NCBI GenBank assembly: GCA_023427085.1
Contig: JAEZBO010000241.1
Span: 256 to 64,255, forward strand
Direction of reading: 5' to 3'
Length of the DNA: 64,000 bases
Origin: Pseudomonadota bacterium
Lineage (GTDB): Bacteria; Pseudomonadota; Gammaproteobacteria; Burkholderiales; Burkholderiaceae_B
In this document: one piece after another, positions 1 to 11,862 of the stretch
Position numbering within the stretch: position 1 is the stretch's first letter
Layout of the letters: each line of letters begins with the position of its first letter
Made by a program: the position numbers and the translations under genes
Notes under the pieces: model-generated
Seen by the model: the letters and a program-made list of their open reading frames with translations, nothing else
Told to the model about the DNA's origin: nothing
Databases searched by the model: none

Positions 1-612
1 CGCCAGCACGAACCGGCGCTGGCGGCGCTCAGGCAGGCCGTGCCCGCGCAGGCCTGCATCGGCTTGCCCGGGCGCTTGCTGGCCCAGCTCGAATCGGTCG
101 AGACCAGCCAGGGCGTGATGTTCGTCGTGCAGCCGGCCGCGCAGCCACTGCCGGTGCGCCTGGGCGACAACAGCGTGTGGCTGGACCGGGTACAGGATCC
201 CGGCAACGTCGGCACGCTGCTGCGCACCGCCGCGGCCGCCGGCATCCGTCAGGTCTTGCTGTCGAGCGGCTGCGCCGCCGCGTGGTCACCCAAGGTCCTG
301 CGCAGCGGCCAGGGCGCGCACTTCGCGCTGAGCCTGTACGAACAGGTCGACCTGCACGAGGCGCTGGCCCGGCTCGACATCCCGCTGGCCGTCACCACGC
401 TGGACAGCGCCGAGGATCTCTACCAGGCCGAGCTGCCGCGCGATTGCGCCTGGGTGTTCGGCCACGAAGGGCAGGGCGTCGAGGCGCGCCTGCTGGCGCA
501 CGCCGGACTGCGGCTGCGCATTCCGCACCAGTTCGACGCGGTCGAATCGCTCAATGTCGCGGCCGCCGCGGCAGTCTGCCTGTTCGAGCAGCGCCGCCGG
601 CTGCTGGCCTGA
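1..612 (+). CDS. TrmH/SpoU-family RNA 2'-O-methyltransferase, 5' end cut by window edge
   Basis: Frame 1 is open from nt 1. Translation carries SpoU-type motifs DRVQDPGNVGTLLRTAAAAG, VFGHEGQGV and ESLNVAAAAAVCLFE. Stop at 610-612. Confidence 0.8.
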   Translation, partial: RQHEPALAALRQAVPAQACIGLPGRLLAQLESVETSQGVMFVVQPAAQPLPVRLGDNSVWLDRVQDPGNVGTLLRTAAAAGIRQVLLSSGCAAAWSPKVLRSGQGAHFALSLYEQVDLHEALARLDIPLAVTTLDSAEDLYQAELPRDCAWVFGHEGQGVEARLLAHAGLRLRIPHQFDAVESLNVAAAAAVCLFEQRRRLLA

Positions 613-724
613 CGCGCCAGCGCCCCGCGGCGGCGCGACATCTGAACCCTGACGCAGCATACGTGCGGCCTTATCCCTGCGGCCGTGCCCCAGCGGCCGT
701 GCCGGCCCGACCCGACCGCCGGCT

Positions 725-766
725 GACACCCGCTTCGTGAAACCCGCTACACGAAACCCGCTTCAA
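725..766. repeat. Three tandem 14-bp units (GACACCCGCTTCGT / GAAACCCGCTACAC / GAAACCCGCTTCAA)
   Basis: Read directly in the convergent gap between the methyltransferase gene and ppsR. The last unit overlaps the ppsR stop. The unit resembles the array at 9137-9237. Confidence 0.6.
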
Positions 767-1596
767 TAAGAGCCGCGATCGAGCTTGACCTCTTGCAGCA
801 CCGTCGTCGAGATCTCCTCGATCGACTTGGTGGTGGTCGACAGCCACGCAATGCCTTCGCGGCGCATCATGCGCTCGGCCTCGGCCACTTCTTCGCGGCA
901 TTGCTTGAGCGAGGCATAGACGCTGCCCGGACGGCGCTCGTTGCGCACCTCGGACAGGCGTTCGGGCTGGATCGACAGGCCGAACAGCTTGGAGCGGTAG
1001 GGCGCCAGCGTGGCTGGCAGCGTGCCGCGCTCGAAATCGTCCGGGATCAGCGGGAAGTTGGCGGCCTTGATCGCGTACTGCATCGCCAGGTACAGGCTGG
1101 TCGGGGTCTTGCCGCAGCGCGACACGCCCACCAGGATGACGTCGGCCTGCGCCAGCCCGGTGACGAACTGGCCGTCGTCGTGCGCCAGGCTGAAGTTGAT
1201 CGCCTCGATGCGGTTGCGGTATTTCTCGGTGGTGGCGCCGGTGTGCGAGCGGCCGATCGAGTGGCTGGACTTGACGCCCAATGCCTGCTCGAGCGGCGCG
1301 ACGAAGGTCGCGAACAGGTCCAGCAGCACGCAGTTGGCCTGGCGCACCCGCATCAGGATCTCGGGATTGACCAGCGTCGTGAACACGATGGCCTGCTGCC
1401 CGGTGTCGAGGGCGACCTGGTCGATCCGCTCGGCGACCTGTCCCGCTTTTTCCAGCGAGTCGGTGAAGGGAATCCGTGTCTGCACGAATTCGACGGCCTC
1501 GAATTGCGACAGCACCGAGTGGCTGAAGGTCTCGGCGGTGATGCCGGTACCGTCCGAGACGATGAAGACAGTGCGTTTCTGAACAGGGGTATTCAT
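763..1596 (-). CDS. ppsR: PEP synthase regulatory protein (pyruvate, water dikinase kinase/pyrophosphorylase, DUF299)
   Basis: 277 aa with [17 protein letters not shown]-terminus and P-loop [12 protein letters not shown]. Divergent from ppsA, the conserved arrangement. Confidence 0.9.
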   Translation of the reverse strand: MNTPVQKRTVFIVSDGTGITAETFSHSVLSQFEAVEFVQTRIPFTDSLEKAGQVAERIDQVALDTGQQAIVFTTLVNPEILMRVRQANCVLLDLFATFVAPLEQALGVKSSHSIGRSHTGATTEKYRNRIEAINFSLAHDDGQFVTGLAQADVILVGVSRCGKTPTSLYLAMQYAIKAANFPLIPDDFERGTLPATLAPYRSKLFGLSIQPERLSEVRNERRPGSVYASLKQCREEVAEAERMMRREGIAWLSTTTKSIEEISTTVLQEVKLDRGSY

Positions 1597-1757
1597 GTGT
1601 AAAAAAGCCCGGGTGTCGAGGAGGGACGGTACAATCTGAACCCGAAAGTCACCCCCCGGGTACCTGCAAGGCCGGTTCGGTCAGCACGGCGTCCATGCCC
1701 AAGCATAGACGGCGCCTGCTGACCAAACTCGCTTTCTCTCATTGTAAAGGTGACTTA

Positions 1758-4121
<2,364 letters not shown>

Positions 4122-4140
4122 GACCGCCTGCCCGCGGGCT

Positions 4141-4221
4141 GCGGTGCATCGTCCGGTGCACCGCGCGACGCCCCCACGCAACGCAGTCTGCCGTGCCGCG
4201 CCGGCCTTGTGACCGGCGCGG
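4141..4221. terminator. Two GC-rich hairpins between convergent ppsA and amidotransferase genes
   Basis: GCGGTGCA-N8-TGCACCGC (4141-4164) and CCGCGCCGG-N8-CCGGCGCGG (4196-4221). No U-tract, so the terminator role is tentative. Confidence 0.3.
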
Positions 4222-4257
4222 ACCTGGCAGGCCGCCTGCGGCGGGGGCGTTGTCGAT

Positions 4258-4998
4258 TCAGCCTTGTTGCGGCACGTCCGGCGCGTACAAGGACAGGAAG
4301 CGGCGCACCAGGCTGGCGGCCTCGGGCGTCGGCCGTATTTCTGCCTCAAGCGCGGCCACGTCCAGGCCTTCGGCGGCGTATTCATCACCCCGGCGGGCGA
4401 TGTCGGCGCGCGGCACGGCCTCGGGAAACTCGGGGTGGAACTGGGTCGAGATGATCCGCTCGCCCATCCGCACCAGCTGGTTCTCGTCCAGCGCGCTGCG
4501 CGCCAGCGATACCGCGCCGGGCGGCAGCCGGGTGATGGTCTGCATGTGCTGCAACTGGATCGGGAACTGCGCCGGCAGCCCCGCCAGCAGCGGGTCCTGG
4601 CGGCCCGCCGGCAAGACCTCGAGCTCGCCGGTGCCGGTTTCGCGGCCGGCCGGGTTGTAGTCGACCTCGCCGCCCAGCGCATGCGCCATCAGTTGATGGC
4701 CGTAGCAGACGCCGAACAGCGGCAGGCCCTGGTCAGCCGCCTCGCGCAGCCATTGGGCGGTGCGCTCGCCCCAGGCTTCATGGTCGGTGACGTTGGCCGG
4801 TGAGCCGGTCACCAGGGCGGCCGAATAGTCGGACGGTGAGCCCGGCCACTGGTCCTGGAACACCGGCACGATCTCGACGTCGCGCTCGGCCAGGCCGGCC
4901 GCGTGGCGCAGCATCTGGGCGTAATCGCCCACGGTTTCGACGATATCGGTATGCGGATCGCCGGTGTGGACGATGAGGACGGGGCGGTAGGCTGGCAT
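4258..4998 (-). CDS. Class I (type 1) glutamine amidotransferase-like protein
   Basis: 246 aa with nucleophile-elbow motif LFGVCYGHQLMAHALGG and downstream FHPEF, typical of GATase1/GuaA-like domains. Confidence 0.75.
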   Translation of the reverse strand: MPAYRPVLIVHTGDPHTDIVETVGDYAQMLRHAAGLAERDVEIVPVFQDQWPGSPSDYSAALVTGSPANVTDHEAWGERTAQWLREAADQGLPLFGVCYGHQLMAHALGGEVDYNPAGRETGTGELEVLPAGRQDPLLAGLPAQFPIQLQHMQTITRLPPGAVSLARSALDENQLVRMGERIISTQFHPEFPEAVPRADIARRGDEYAAEGLDVAALEAEIRPTPEAASLVRRFLSLYAPDVPQQG

Positions 4999-5082
4999 GG
5001 TGTGGCGCGTCAGAAGTGGCGCCGCGAAGCGCCAGGGTCAAAAACAGCCGATAATAAAGCACCTTGCTATGAGGAATCACTC

Positions 5083-5514
5083 ATGTGGATCTGGTTTGGT
5101 CTGTCTGCGTTGGCGCTGATCGGTGAGCTCGCCAGCGGGACCTTCTACCTGTTGCTGGTGGCGCTGGGCCTGGCCGCGGGCGGCCTGGCGGCCTGGGGCG
5201 GCCTGGCGCTGGGGGCCCAGCTGCTGGCCAGCGTGGTCGTGGCGATGCTGGGCTTGCTGCTGCTGCGCCGCACCCGTGTGCTCAAGAAACGCGAGGTCGA
5301 CGCCGCCGGCAACGCCGACGTCAACCTCGACGTCGGCCAGGCCGTCGAGGTCGAATCGTGGACGCCCGATGGCCGCAGCCGCGTGTGGTACCGCGGCGCG
5401 CATTGGGATGCCCAGCTGGCCGCCGGCCAGCCTGCGGCAGCCGGCAGCCACAGCATCACCGCCGTCCAGGGCACGCGCCTGATCCTGACGCCTCGCACCC
5501 GCCCGGCCGCCTGA
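5083..5514 (+). CDS. NfeD-family membrane protein
   Basis: ATG at 5083. Hydrophobic N-terminal half then OB-fold-like tail (VEVESWTPDGRSRVWYRGAHWDAQL). Immediately upstream of an SPFH gene, the classic NfeD-stomatin pair. Confidence 0.75.
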   Translation: MWIWFGLSALALIGELASGTFYLLLVALGLAAGGLAAWGGLALGAQLLASVVVAMLGLLLLRRTRVLKKREVDAAGNADVNLDVGQAVEVESWTPDGRSRVWYRGAHWDAQLAAGQPAAAGSHSITAVQGTRLILTPRTRPAA

Positions 5515-5583
5515 GCCGCCGCGACGCACCGCATTCCTGAAACGACGGCAGACCGCCGTCAACGCTCCAAAAGGGTAGACCTC

Positions 5584-6531
5584 ATGTTCCTAGACGCTTC
5601 GACCATCTTCCTGCTCGTGCTGGCCTTGCTGGCGCTGGTGATCGTGATCAAGGCCATTGCCATCGTGCCGCAGCAGCACGCCTGGGTGGTCGAGCGGCTC
5701 GGCAAGTTCGACCGGGTGCTGTCACCGGGCGCCGGTTTCGTGATCCCGTTCATCGAACGGGTCTCGTACAAGCATTCGCTCAAGGAAATCCCGCTGGACG
5801 TGCCCAGCCAGGTCTGCATCACGCGTGACAACACGCAGTTGCAGGTCGACGGCGTGCTGTACTTCCAGGTCACCGACCCGATGCGCGCCTCGTACGGCTC
5901 GTCCAACTACATCTCGGCCATCACGCAGCTGGCGCAGACCACGCTGCGTTCGGTGATCGGCAAGATGGAGCTGGACCGCACCTTCGAAGAGCGCGAGTTC
6001 ATCAACAGCACCATCGTCTCGGCGCTGGACGAGGCCGCGCTGAACTGGGGCGTCAAGGTGCTGCGTTACGAGATCAAGGACCTGACCCCGCCCAACGAGA
6101 TCCTGCGCGCGATGCAGGCGCAGATCACCGCCGAGCGCGAAAAGCGCGCGCTGATCGCGGCCTCCGAAGGCCGCCGGCAAGAGCAGATCAACATCGCCAC
6201 CGGCGAACGCGAAGCCTTCATCGCGCGCTCGGAAGGCGAAAAGCAGGCCCAGATCAACCAGGCCCAGGGCGAGGCCGCCGCGGTGCTGGCGATCGCCGAA
6301 GCCACCGCCACCGCCATCACCCAGGTCGGCGCCGCGGTGCGCGGCCCGGGCGGCATGGAAGCGGTCAACCTGCGCGTGGCCGAACAATACGTCGAAGCCT
6401 TCGGCAAGGTCGCCAAGGAAGGCAACACGCTGATCCTGCCGTCGAACATGGCCGACATGAGCAGCCTGGTCGCCTCGGCGATGACGGTGGTCAAGGGCGT
6501 GACGCCGCCGGGTACGCCGCCGCGCCTCTGA
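5584..6531 (+). CDS. SPFH/Band 7 (stomatin/paraslipin-like) protein
   Basis: 315 aa. N-terminal TM segment, SPFH core (IVPQQHAWVVERLGKF...QVDGVLYFQVTDP) and coiled-coil Ala/Glu-rich tail. Confidence 0.9.
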   Translation: MFLDASTIFLLVLALLALVIVIKAIAIVPQQHAWVVERLGKFDRVLSPGAGFVIPFIERVSYKHSLKEIPLDVPSQVCITRDNTQLQVDGVLYFQVTDPMRASYGSSNYISAITQLAQTTLRSVIGKMELDRTFEEREFINSTIVSALDEAALNWGVKVLRYEIKDLTPPNEILRAMQAQITAEREKRALIAASEGRRQEQINIATGEREAFIARSEGEKQAQINQAQGEAAAVLAIAEATATAITQVGAAVRGPGGMEAVNLRVAEQYVEAFGKVAKEGNTLILPSNMADMSSLVASAMTVVKGVTPPGTPPRL

Positions 6532-6630
6532 GCGGCCGCAGGCCTTACCGTCGAGCGCGCCACCGCGCGCTTGCCAGACTCCAGCCCCTACCATCGCGGG
6601 CCCCGGCCCTGAGCCGGCCGGCGGCCAGAC

Positions 6631-7785
6631 ATGATCGACAGTTCCAGCCTGATGTTGCTGACCGCCGTGGCCGCCTTGATGGTGGTCCTGGTGCTGGGTT
6701 CGCTGGCCCGCATCGCGATCGCCGGCATCCGCTACTGGCTCGCCGCCAACCTGCTGCTGATCGCCGCGGTCGGGCTGTTCTCGCTGCATGGGCGGATCCC
6801 GCCGACCATCAGCATCGTGCTGTCCAATGCCTGCCTGCTGGCCAGCACCACCGCGCTGCTGGTCGGCTACCGGCGGTTTTTCGGCGCGTCGGTGCCGGCC
6901 TGGCTGCTGGGCGCGCTGGCGGGCGGCGCGCTGGTGGCGATGACGCTGTTCTACGCAGCCTGGAACCTGCCCAACGCGCGCATCGCGGTCGGCTCGGCAT
7001 ACTCGGCGCTGATGTGCACGGCGATCGCGGTGACCGCCTGGCAGCACCGCCGGCGCACACGCTCGGCCTATACCTATCATTTCCTGCTCACGGTCGCCAC
7101 GCTGTGCGCGCTGGCCCATGCCGCGCGCGGGCTGATCTACGCCAGCGGCATGACCGACCTGACCGTGCTGGACGCCAGTGCCTGGAACCTGGCCTTCCTG
7201 ATCCTCGGCATCCTCGGCATGCCCAGCCTGACGCTGGGTGCGGTGCTGCTGATCCACGATCGCATGCTGACCGAGACCGAGCGGCTGTCCAGCCATGACT
7301 TCCTGACCGGGCTGTCGACCCGCCGGCCGTTCTTCGACGAAGCGCAGCGGGCCATGCGGCTGGCGCAGCGCCAGGGCACGCCGCTGACGATGATGATGCT
7401 GGACCTGGATCGTTTCAAGGAACTCAACGACCGCCACGGTCATGCCGCCGGCGACACCGCGCTGCGCGAGTTCGGCGAGGCGTTGCGCCGCTCGGTGCGG
7501 CCGAGCGACTGCGTGGCGCGGCTGGGCGGCGAAGAGTTCGCGGTGCTGTACGTGGACGCCACGCTCGAGCAGGCGAGGGCGTATGGCAATGGTCTGCGCC
7601 AGACGCTGACTGAACTGCCGCTGTCGATCCGCTTCACGTTCAGCGCCGGGCTGGCCAGCTGGCTGCCGCCCGAGTCGATCGACCGACTGCTGGCGCGCGC
7701 CGACAAGGCCCTGTACGCGGCCAAGCAGGGCGGCCGCGATCGCATCGAGATGGTGATCGAGCGGCGCGAACGGCGCCAGGCCTGA
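6631..7785 (+). CDS. Membrane-bound diguanylate cyclase (GGDEF domain)
   Basis: 384 aa. Multi-TM N-terminal half and a C-terminal GGDEF domain with RLGGEEF active site and DLDRFKELND motif. Confidence 0.85.
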   Translation: MIDSSSLMLLTAVAALMVVLVLGSLARIAIAGIRYWLAANLLLIAAVGLFSLHGRIPPTISIVLSNACLLASTTALLVGYRRFFGASVPAWLLGALAGGALVAMTLFYAAWNLPNARIAVGSAYSALMCTAIAVTAWQHRRRTRSAYTYHFLLTVATLCALAHAARGLIYASGMTDLTVLDASAWNLAFLILGILGMPSLTLGAVLLIHDRMLTETERLSSHDFLTGLSTRRPFFDEAQRAMRLAQRQGTPLTMMMLDLDRFKELNDRHGHAAGDTALREFGEALRRSVRPSDCVARLGGEEFAVLYVDATLEQARAYGNGLRQTLTELPLSIRFTFSAGLASWLPPESIDRLLARADKALYAAKQGGRDRIEMVIERRERRQA

Positions 7786-7821
7786 GCGCCGGCCGGCGGC
7801 AAGCGGCGCCGTGCCGTCGGC

Positions 7822-8280
7822 TCAGTCGCGGTTGCGGGTGTCGTGCTTCATGATGCGCGCGTGCTCGCGCTGCCAGTCCTTGTCGCGCTCGGTATCGCGC
7901 TTGTCGTGCAGCTTCTTGCCGCGCGCCAGCCCGAAATCGAGCTTCACCAGGCCGTTCTTGTAGTGCAGATTGATCGGGATCAGCGTGTAGCCGCGCTGCT
8001 CGACCTTGCCGATCAGCTTGGAGATCTCTTCGGCCTTGAGCAGCAGCTTGCGGGTGCGCACCGCATCCGGATGGATATGGGTGGAGGCGGTGGCCAGCGG
8101 GCTGATGTGCATGCCCATGATCCAGATCTCGCCATCGCGCACGATGACGTAGCTCTCTTTGAGCTGGACGCGCTTTTCGCGGATGGCCTTGACTTCCCAC
8201 CCTTGCAGCACGATGCCTGCCTCGTAGCGGTCTTCGATGAAGTAGTCGTGGAAGGCCTTGCGATTGTCGATAATGCTCAT
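7822..8280 (-). CDS. smpB: SsrA-binding protein
   Basis: 152 aa. [29 protein letters not shown]... is near-canonical SmpB. Confidence 0.95.
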   Translation of the reverse strand: MSIIDNRKAFHDYFIEDRYEAGIVLQGWEVKAIREKRVQLKESYVIVRDGEIWIMGMHISPLATASTHIHPDAVRTRKLLLKAEEISKLIGKVEQRGYTLIPINLHYKNGLVKLDFGLARGKKLHDKRDTERDKDWQREHARIMKHDTRNRD

Positions 8281-8368
8281 GGATGATTTTTTCGTGTAAC
8301 GCGCGCTTGCAGCAGCCCGGCGGCGAGCCGGTAAAATCCGATCATTCTAGAGCCATTTGCCCTGATCG

Positions 8369-8803
8369 ATGCACAAAGTAGAGCGTTCCGTCCTCGTCCC
8401 TTACTCCGCCGCCCAGATGTTCGAGCTGGTCGCCGACGTCGAAAAGTACCCGGAATTCATGCCCTGGTGCGGCGGCGCCGAGGTCCAGTCGCGCACGCCC
8501 GAAGGCATGCAGGCCTCGATCGTGATCGCGTTCGCCGGCCTGCGCCAGCGCTTCACGACCCGCAACGTGCATCAATATCCGAACCGGATCGACCTGCACC
8601 TGGTCGACGGGCCGTTCTCCGAGCTGGTCGGCAACTGGGTCTTCAACCCCCTGGCCGAGGACGCCTGCAAGGTCGAATTCACGCTGAACTACGCGTTTTC
8701 GAGCCGCACGCTCGAGGCGCTGGTGGGGCCGGTGTTCAGCCGCATCGCCGGCAGCTTCATCGACTCGTTCACCAAACGCGCCGATGCCGTCTATGGGGCT
8801 TGA
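8369..8803 (+). CDS. ratA: SRPBCC-fold RatA/YfjG-type protein (ribosome-association toxin / CoQ-binding family)
   Basis: 144 aa polyketide-cyclase/SRPBCC-like sequence. Conserved position divergent from smpB and upstream of rnfH. Confidence 0.8.
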   Translation: MHKVERSVLVPYSAAQMFELVADVEKYPEFMPWCGGAEVQSRTPEGMQASIVIAFAGLRQRFTTRNVHQYPNRIDLHLVDGPFSELVGNWVFNPLAEDACKVEFTLNYAFSSRTLEALVGPVFSRIAGSFIDSFTKRADAVYGA

Positions 8804-9110
8804 GGCCGCGGCGCTGCGGATCAGTGTCGTCCACGCCTTGCCCGACCGGGTCTGGGATCGTGAACTGAGCCTGCCGGCCGGCGCGACCGTCGCGCAGGCG
8901 CTGGCCGCCAGCGGCTTCGCCCAGGACTTCGCATCGCTCGACCCCTGGGCGGGCGGCGTCGGCCTGTTCGGCAAGGCCTGCCAGCCGGATACGCTGCTGC
9001 ACGACGGCGACCGCATCGAGATCTACCGGCCGCTCGACTTCGATCCGATGGAATCGCGCCGGCGCAGGGCGGCGCACCGGCCCTTGCCGTTCGGCAGCCG
9101 GCGGCACTAG
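8784..9110 (+). CDS. rnfH: RnfH-family ubiquitin-like protein
   Basis: 108 aa with C-terminal DGDRIEIYRPL..DP motif. Overlaps the ratA end. Alternative ATG at 8793. Confidence 0.8.
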   Translation: MPSMGLEAAALRISVVHALPDRVWDRELSLPAGATVAQALAASGFAQDFASLDPWAGGVGLFGKACQPDTLLHDGDRIEIYRPLDFDPMESRRRRAAHRPLPFGSRRH

Positions 9111-9136
9111 GCTGCTGCTGTATCAAGCCGCGGCAA

Positions 9137-9237
9137 GAAACCGCTGCACAAACCGCTGCACAAACCGCTGCACAGAAGCGCTACACGAAACCGCTGCACT
9201 AAGCCGCCGCACCGAGCCGCCGCACTAAGCCGCCGCA
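9137..9237. repeat. Tandem array of about 8 units of 12-13 bp (GAAACCGCTGCAC, degenerating to TAAGCCGCCGCAC)
   Basis: Read directly. Intergenic, downstream of rnfH and about 200-300 bp upstream of the acyl-CoA dehydrogenase start. Confidence 0.7.
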
Positions 9238-9442
9238 AAACCAAGCGCCGCCGTCGCGGCACAAACGCTGCCCGTGCCGCGAGACGAACCGCGGATGTGC
9301 GCCGCGACCGGCCTCGCCGACCCGTCGCATGCGCGCCAGGCAAGGGTAAGCGATCAGCGCCAGGCCAGTGCCACCGGTTTACGTTTACGTCAACGTCATG
9401 CAAAATCCGGAGAAAAACCGCCGGACAGGACGAGGAGACGAC

Positions 9443-10597
9443 GTGGATCTGGAACTGAGCGACGAACAGCAGGCCTTCGTGCAGGCGGCCCGCGATTTCG
9501 CCAGCGGCGAGCTGGCGCCGCACGCGGCGCGCTGGGACGCCGAAAGCATCTTCCCCAAAGAGACCTTCGCCAGCGCCGGCAAGCTGGGCTTCTGCGCGCT
9601 CTACGCCAGCGAGGAGATCGGCGGGCTGGGATTGCCGCGGCTGGACGCCACGCTGGTGTTCGAGGAACTGGCGGCGGTCGATCCGTCCACCGCGGCGTTC
9701 CTGACCATTCACAACATGGCGACCTGGATGGTCGGCAAGTGGGGCACGGCGGCGGTGCGCGAGCATTGGGGCCCGCAACTGGCCAGCGGCGACAAGCTGG
9801 CCTCGTACTGCCTGACCGAGCCGGGCGCCGGCTCGGATGCCGCGTCGCTGGCGACCCGTGCGATACGGCGCGGCGATCACTACGTGATCAGCGGCGCCAA
9901 GGCCTTCATCTCGGGCGGCGGTGACACCGACCTGCTGGTCTTGATGGCGCGCACCGGCGGCGACGGCGCGGGCGGCATCTCGGCCTTCGCGGTGCCGGCC
10001 GACAGCCCGGGCATCACCTACGGCCGCAAGGAAGAGAAGATGGGCTGGAACAGCCAGTCGACCCGGCCGATCATGTTCGAGAACGTCGAGGTGCCGGCCG
10101 ACCACCTGCTGGGCGCGGAAGGCGAGGGCTTCCGGATCGCCATGAAGGGCCTGGACGGCGGGCGCATCAACATCGGCACCTGCTCGGTCGGCGCGGCGCA
10201 GGGCGCGCTGGACGCGGCCCGGGCCTATATGGGCGAGCGCCGCCAGTTCGGCCGCGAGCTGTCGGCCTTCCAGGCCCTGCAGTTCAAGCTCGCCGACATG
10301 GCCACCCACGTGGTCGCGGCGCGCCAGATGGTGCGGCTGGCGGCCTGCAAGCTCGATGGCGGATCGCCCGATGCGTCGACCTACTGTGCGATGGCCAAGC
10401 GGCTGGCGACCGACCTGGGCTTTCAGGTTTGCCTGGACGCCCAGCAGATCCATGGCGGTTACGGTTATCTTAAGGACTATCCGCTGGAAAGGCTGGTACG
10501 CGACACCCGTGTGCACCAGATCCTCGAAGGCACCAATGAGATCATGCGCGTGATCATCGCGCGCCAATTGCTGGAAAAAGGAGCCGATCTGCGATGA
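9443..10597 (+). CDS. Acyl-CoA dehydrogenase (isobutyryl-CoA dehydrogenase-like)
   Basis: GTG at 9443 preceded by GAGGAG (9432-9437). About 384 aa with an ACAD-typical start DLELSDEQQAF and C-terminal IHGGYGY...ILEGTNEIMR. Context is a valine-catabolic cluster. Confidence 0.85.
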   Translation: MDLELSDEQQAFVQAARDFASGELAPHAARWDAESIFPKETFASAGKLGFCALYASEEIGGLGLPRLDATLVFEELAAVDPSTAAFLTIHNMATWMVGKWGTAAVREHWGPQLASGDKLASYCLTEPGAGSDAASLATRAIRRGDHYVISGAKAFISGGGDTDLLVLMARTGGDGAGGISAFAVPADSPGITYGRKEEKMGWNSQSTRPIMFENVEVPADHLLGAEGEGFRIAMKGLDGGRINIGTCSVGAAQGALDAARAYMGERRQFGRELSAFQALQFKLADMATHVVAARQMVRLAACKLDGGSPDASTYCAMAKRLATDLGFQVCLDAQQIHGGYGYLKDYPLERLVRDTRVHQILEGTNEIMRVIIARQLLEKGADLR

Positions 10598-11778
10598 ATG
10601 CGCCGGTGCAGTTCGAAGAGTTGCCGTGCGAGAACGGCATGCGGCTGGGTCTGGCCACGCTCGATTCGCCCAGGACGCTCAATGGCCTGTCGCTCGAGAT
10701 GTGCGAGCTGCTGACCGAGCGCCTGCAGGCCTGGGCCGACGACCCGGCGGTGGCGCTGGTGATCCTGGCAGGCGCCGGCGGCAAGGCCTTCTGCGCCGGC
10801 GGCGACCTGCAGGCGCTCTACAAGAGCATGCGCGCCAACACCAGCGGCGAGCCGCTGGGCAATCCGCAGGCCCAGGCCTTCTTCGATTGCGAGTATCGAC
10901 TCGACTACGCCATCCACTCGTACCCCAAGCCCATCCTGTGCTGGGGCCATGGCATCGTCATGGGTGGCGGGCTGGGGCTGATGGCCGGCGCCAGCCATCG
11001 GGTCGTCACCGAGACTTCGCGGCTGGCGATGCCCGAGATCGTCATCGGCCTGTTCCCTGACGTAGGCGGCAGCTGGATCCTGAACCACATGCCAGGGCGC
11101 AGCGGGCTGTTCATGGCGCTGACCGGCGCCCAGCTCGAGGCCGGCGACGCGATCTTTGCGGGCCTGGCCGACTACCAGATCGCCTCGGCCAGCTGGCCGG
11201 CGCTGCTGGACCAATTGCGCCAGCAGCCCTGGACCGGCAACGGCGATTATTCGGTCGCCGCGCGCGGCACCAACGACGGCCTGCTCGAGCGCGTGCTGCG
11301 CGGCCTTGCGCCCGAGACCGGCGCGGCGGGCGGCGAGGCCGCGGCCGGGCCGCTGCGCCAGCACCTGATGTTGATCAACACGCTGTGCAACGGCAACGAC
11401 CTGCATGAGATCTGCGCCGAGATCGCCACGTTGCGCGATCACGCCGACCCCTGGCTGGCGCGCGCCGCCGCGACGCTGGCGGCCGGCGCGCCCGGCTCGG
11501 CCAGGCTGGCCTTCGAACTGCAGCAGCGCGCGCCGCTGATGTCGCTGGCCGAGGTGTTCCGGCTCGAATTCTGGACCGCGCTGATGTGCGCCTCGCAGGG
11601 TGACTTCGCCGAAGGCATCCGCGCCTTGCTGATCGACAAGGACAAACAACCGCGCTGGCGGCCGGCCACGCTGGCCGAGGCCGACGACGCCTGGGCGCGG
11701 CCGTTCCTGACGCCGCCCTGGGAGGCCGAGGACCACCCGCTGGCCGATCTTGAACAAGGGCGCCGCGCCGTCAGCTGA
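10594..11778 (+). CDS. Enoyl-CoA hydratase/isomerase family, 3-hydroxyisobutyryl-CoA hydrolase-like
   Basis: 394 aa. Crotonase motif GKAFCAGGDL and long C-terminal extension typical of HIBYL-CoA hydrolases. ATGA overlap with the upstream gene. Confidence 0.8.
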   Translation: MNAPVQFEELPCENGMRLGLATLDSPRTLNGLSLEMCELLTERLQAWADDPAVALVILAGAGGKAFCAGGDLQALYKSMRANTSGEPLGNPQAQAFFDCEYRLDYAIHSYPKPILCWGHGIVMGGGLGLMAGASHRVVTETSRLAMPEIVIGLFPDVGGSWILNHMPGRSGLFMALTGAQLEAGDAIFAGLADYQIASASWPALLDQLRQQPWTGNGDYSVAARGTNDGLLERVLRGLAPETGAAGGEAAAGPLRQHLMLINTLCNGNDLHEICAEIATLRDHADPWLARAAATLAAGAPGSARLAFELQQRAPLMSLAEVFRLEFWTALMCASQGDFAEGIRALLIDKDKQPRWRPATLAEADDAWARPFLTPPWEAEDHPLADLEQGRRAVS

Positions 11779-11862
11779 CCATCCGGCCGCGGCGAACGGG
11801 CGCAGACCCCCGGGCAACGTACCCGGCACGCTTATCTGGCACACACTGAGGAGACAACACGC

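Noticed and set aside
7786-8368. tmRNA (ssrA) or another structured RNA gene next to smpB.
   Set aside because: The flanking gaps (36 and 88 bp) are far too short for the roughly 360-nt ssrA. No tRNA-like acceptor/T-arm sequence is visible.
8369-9110. ratA/rnfH as an accessory toxin-antitoxin or defence module.
   Set aside because: The smpB / ratA-rnfH arrangement is a widely conserved core-genome block. Nothing in the sequence suggests a mobile or accessory context.
9137-9237. Tandem arrays (also 725-766 and 40371-40480) as CRISPR arrays.
   Set aside because: Units are only 12-19 bp, directly abutting with no spacers, and degenerate. No cas genes are present.
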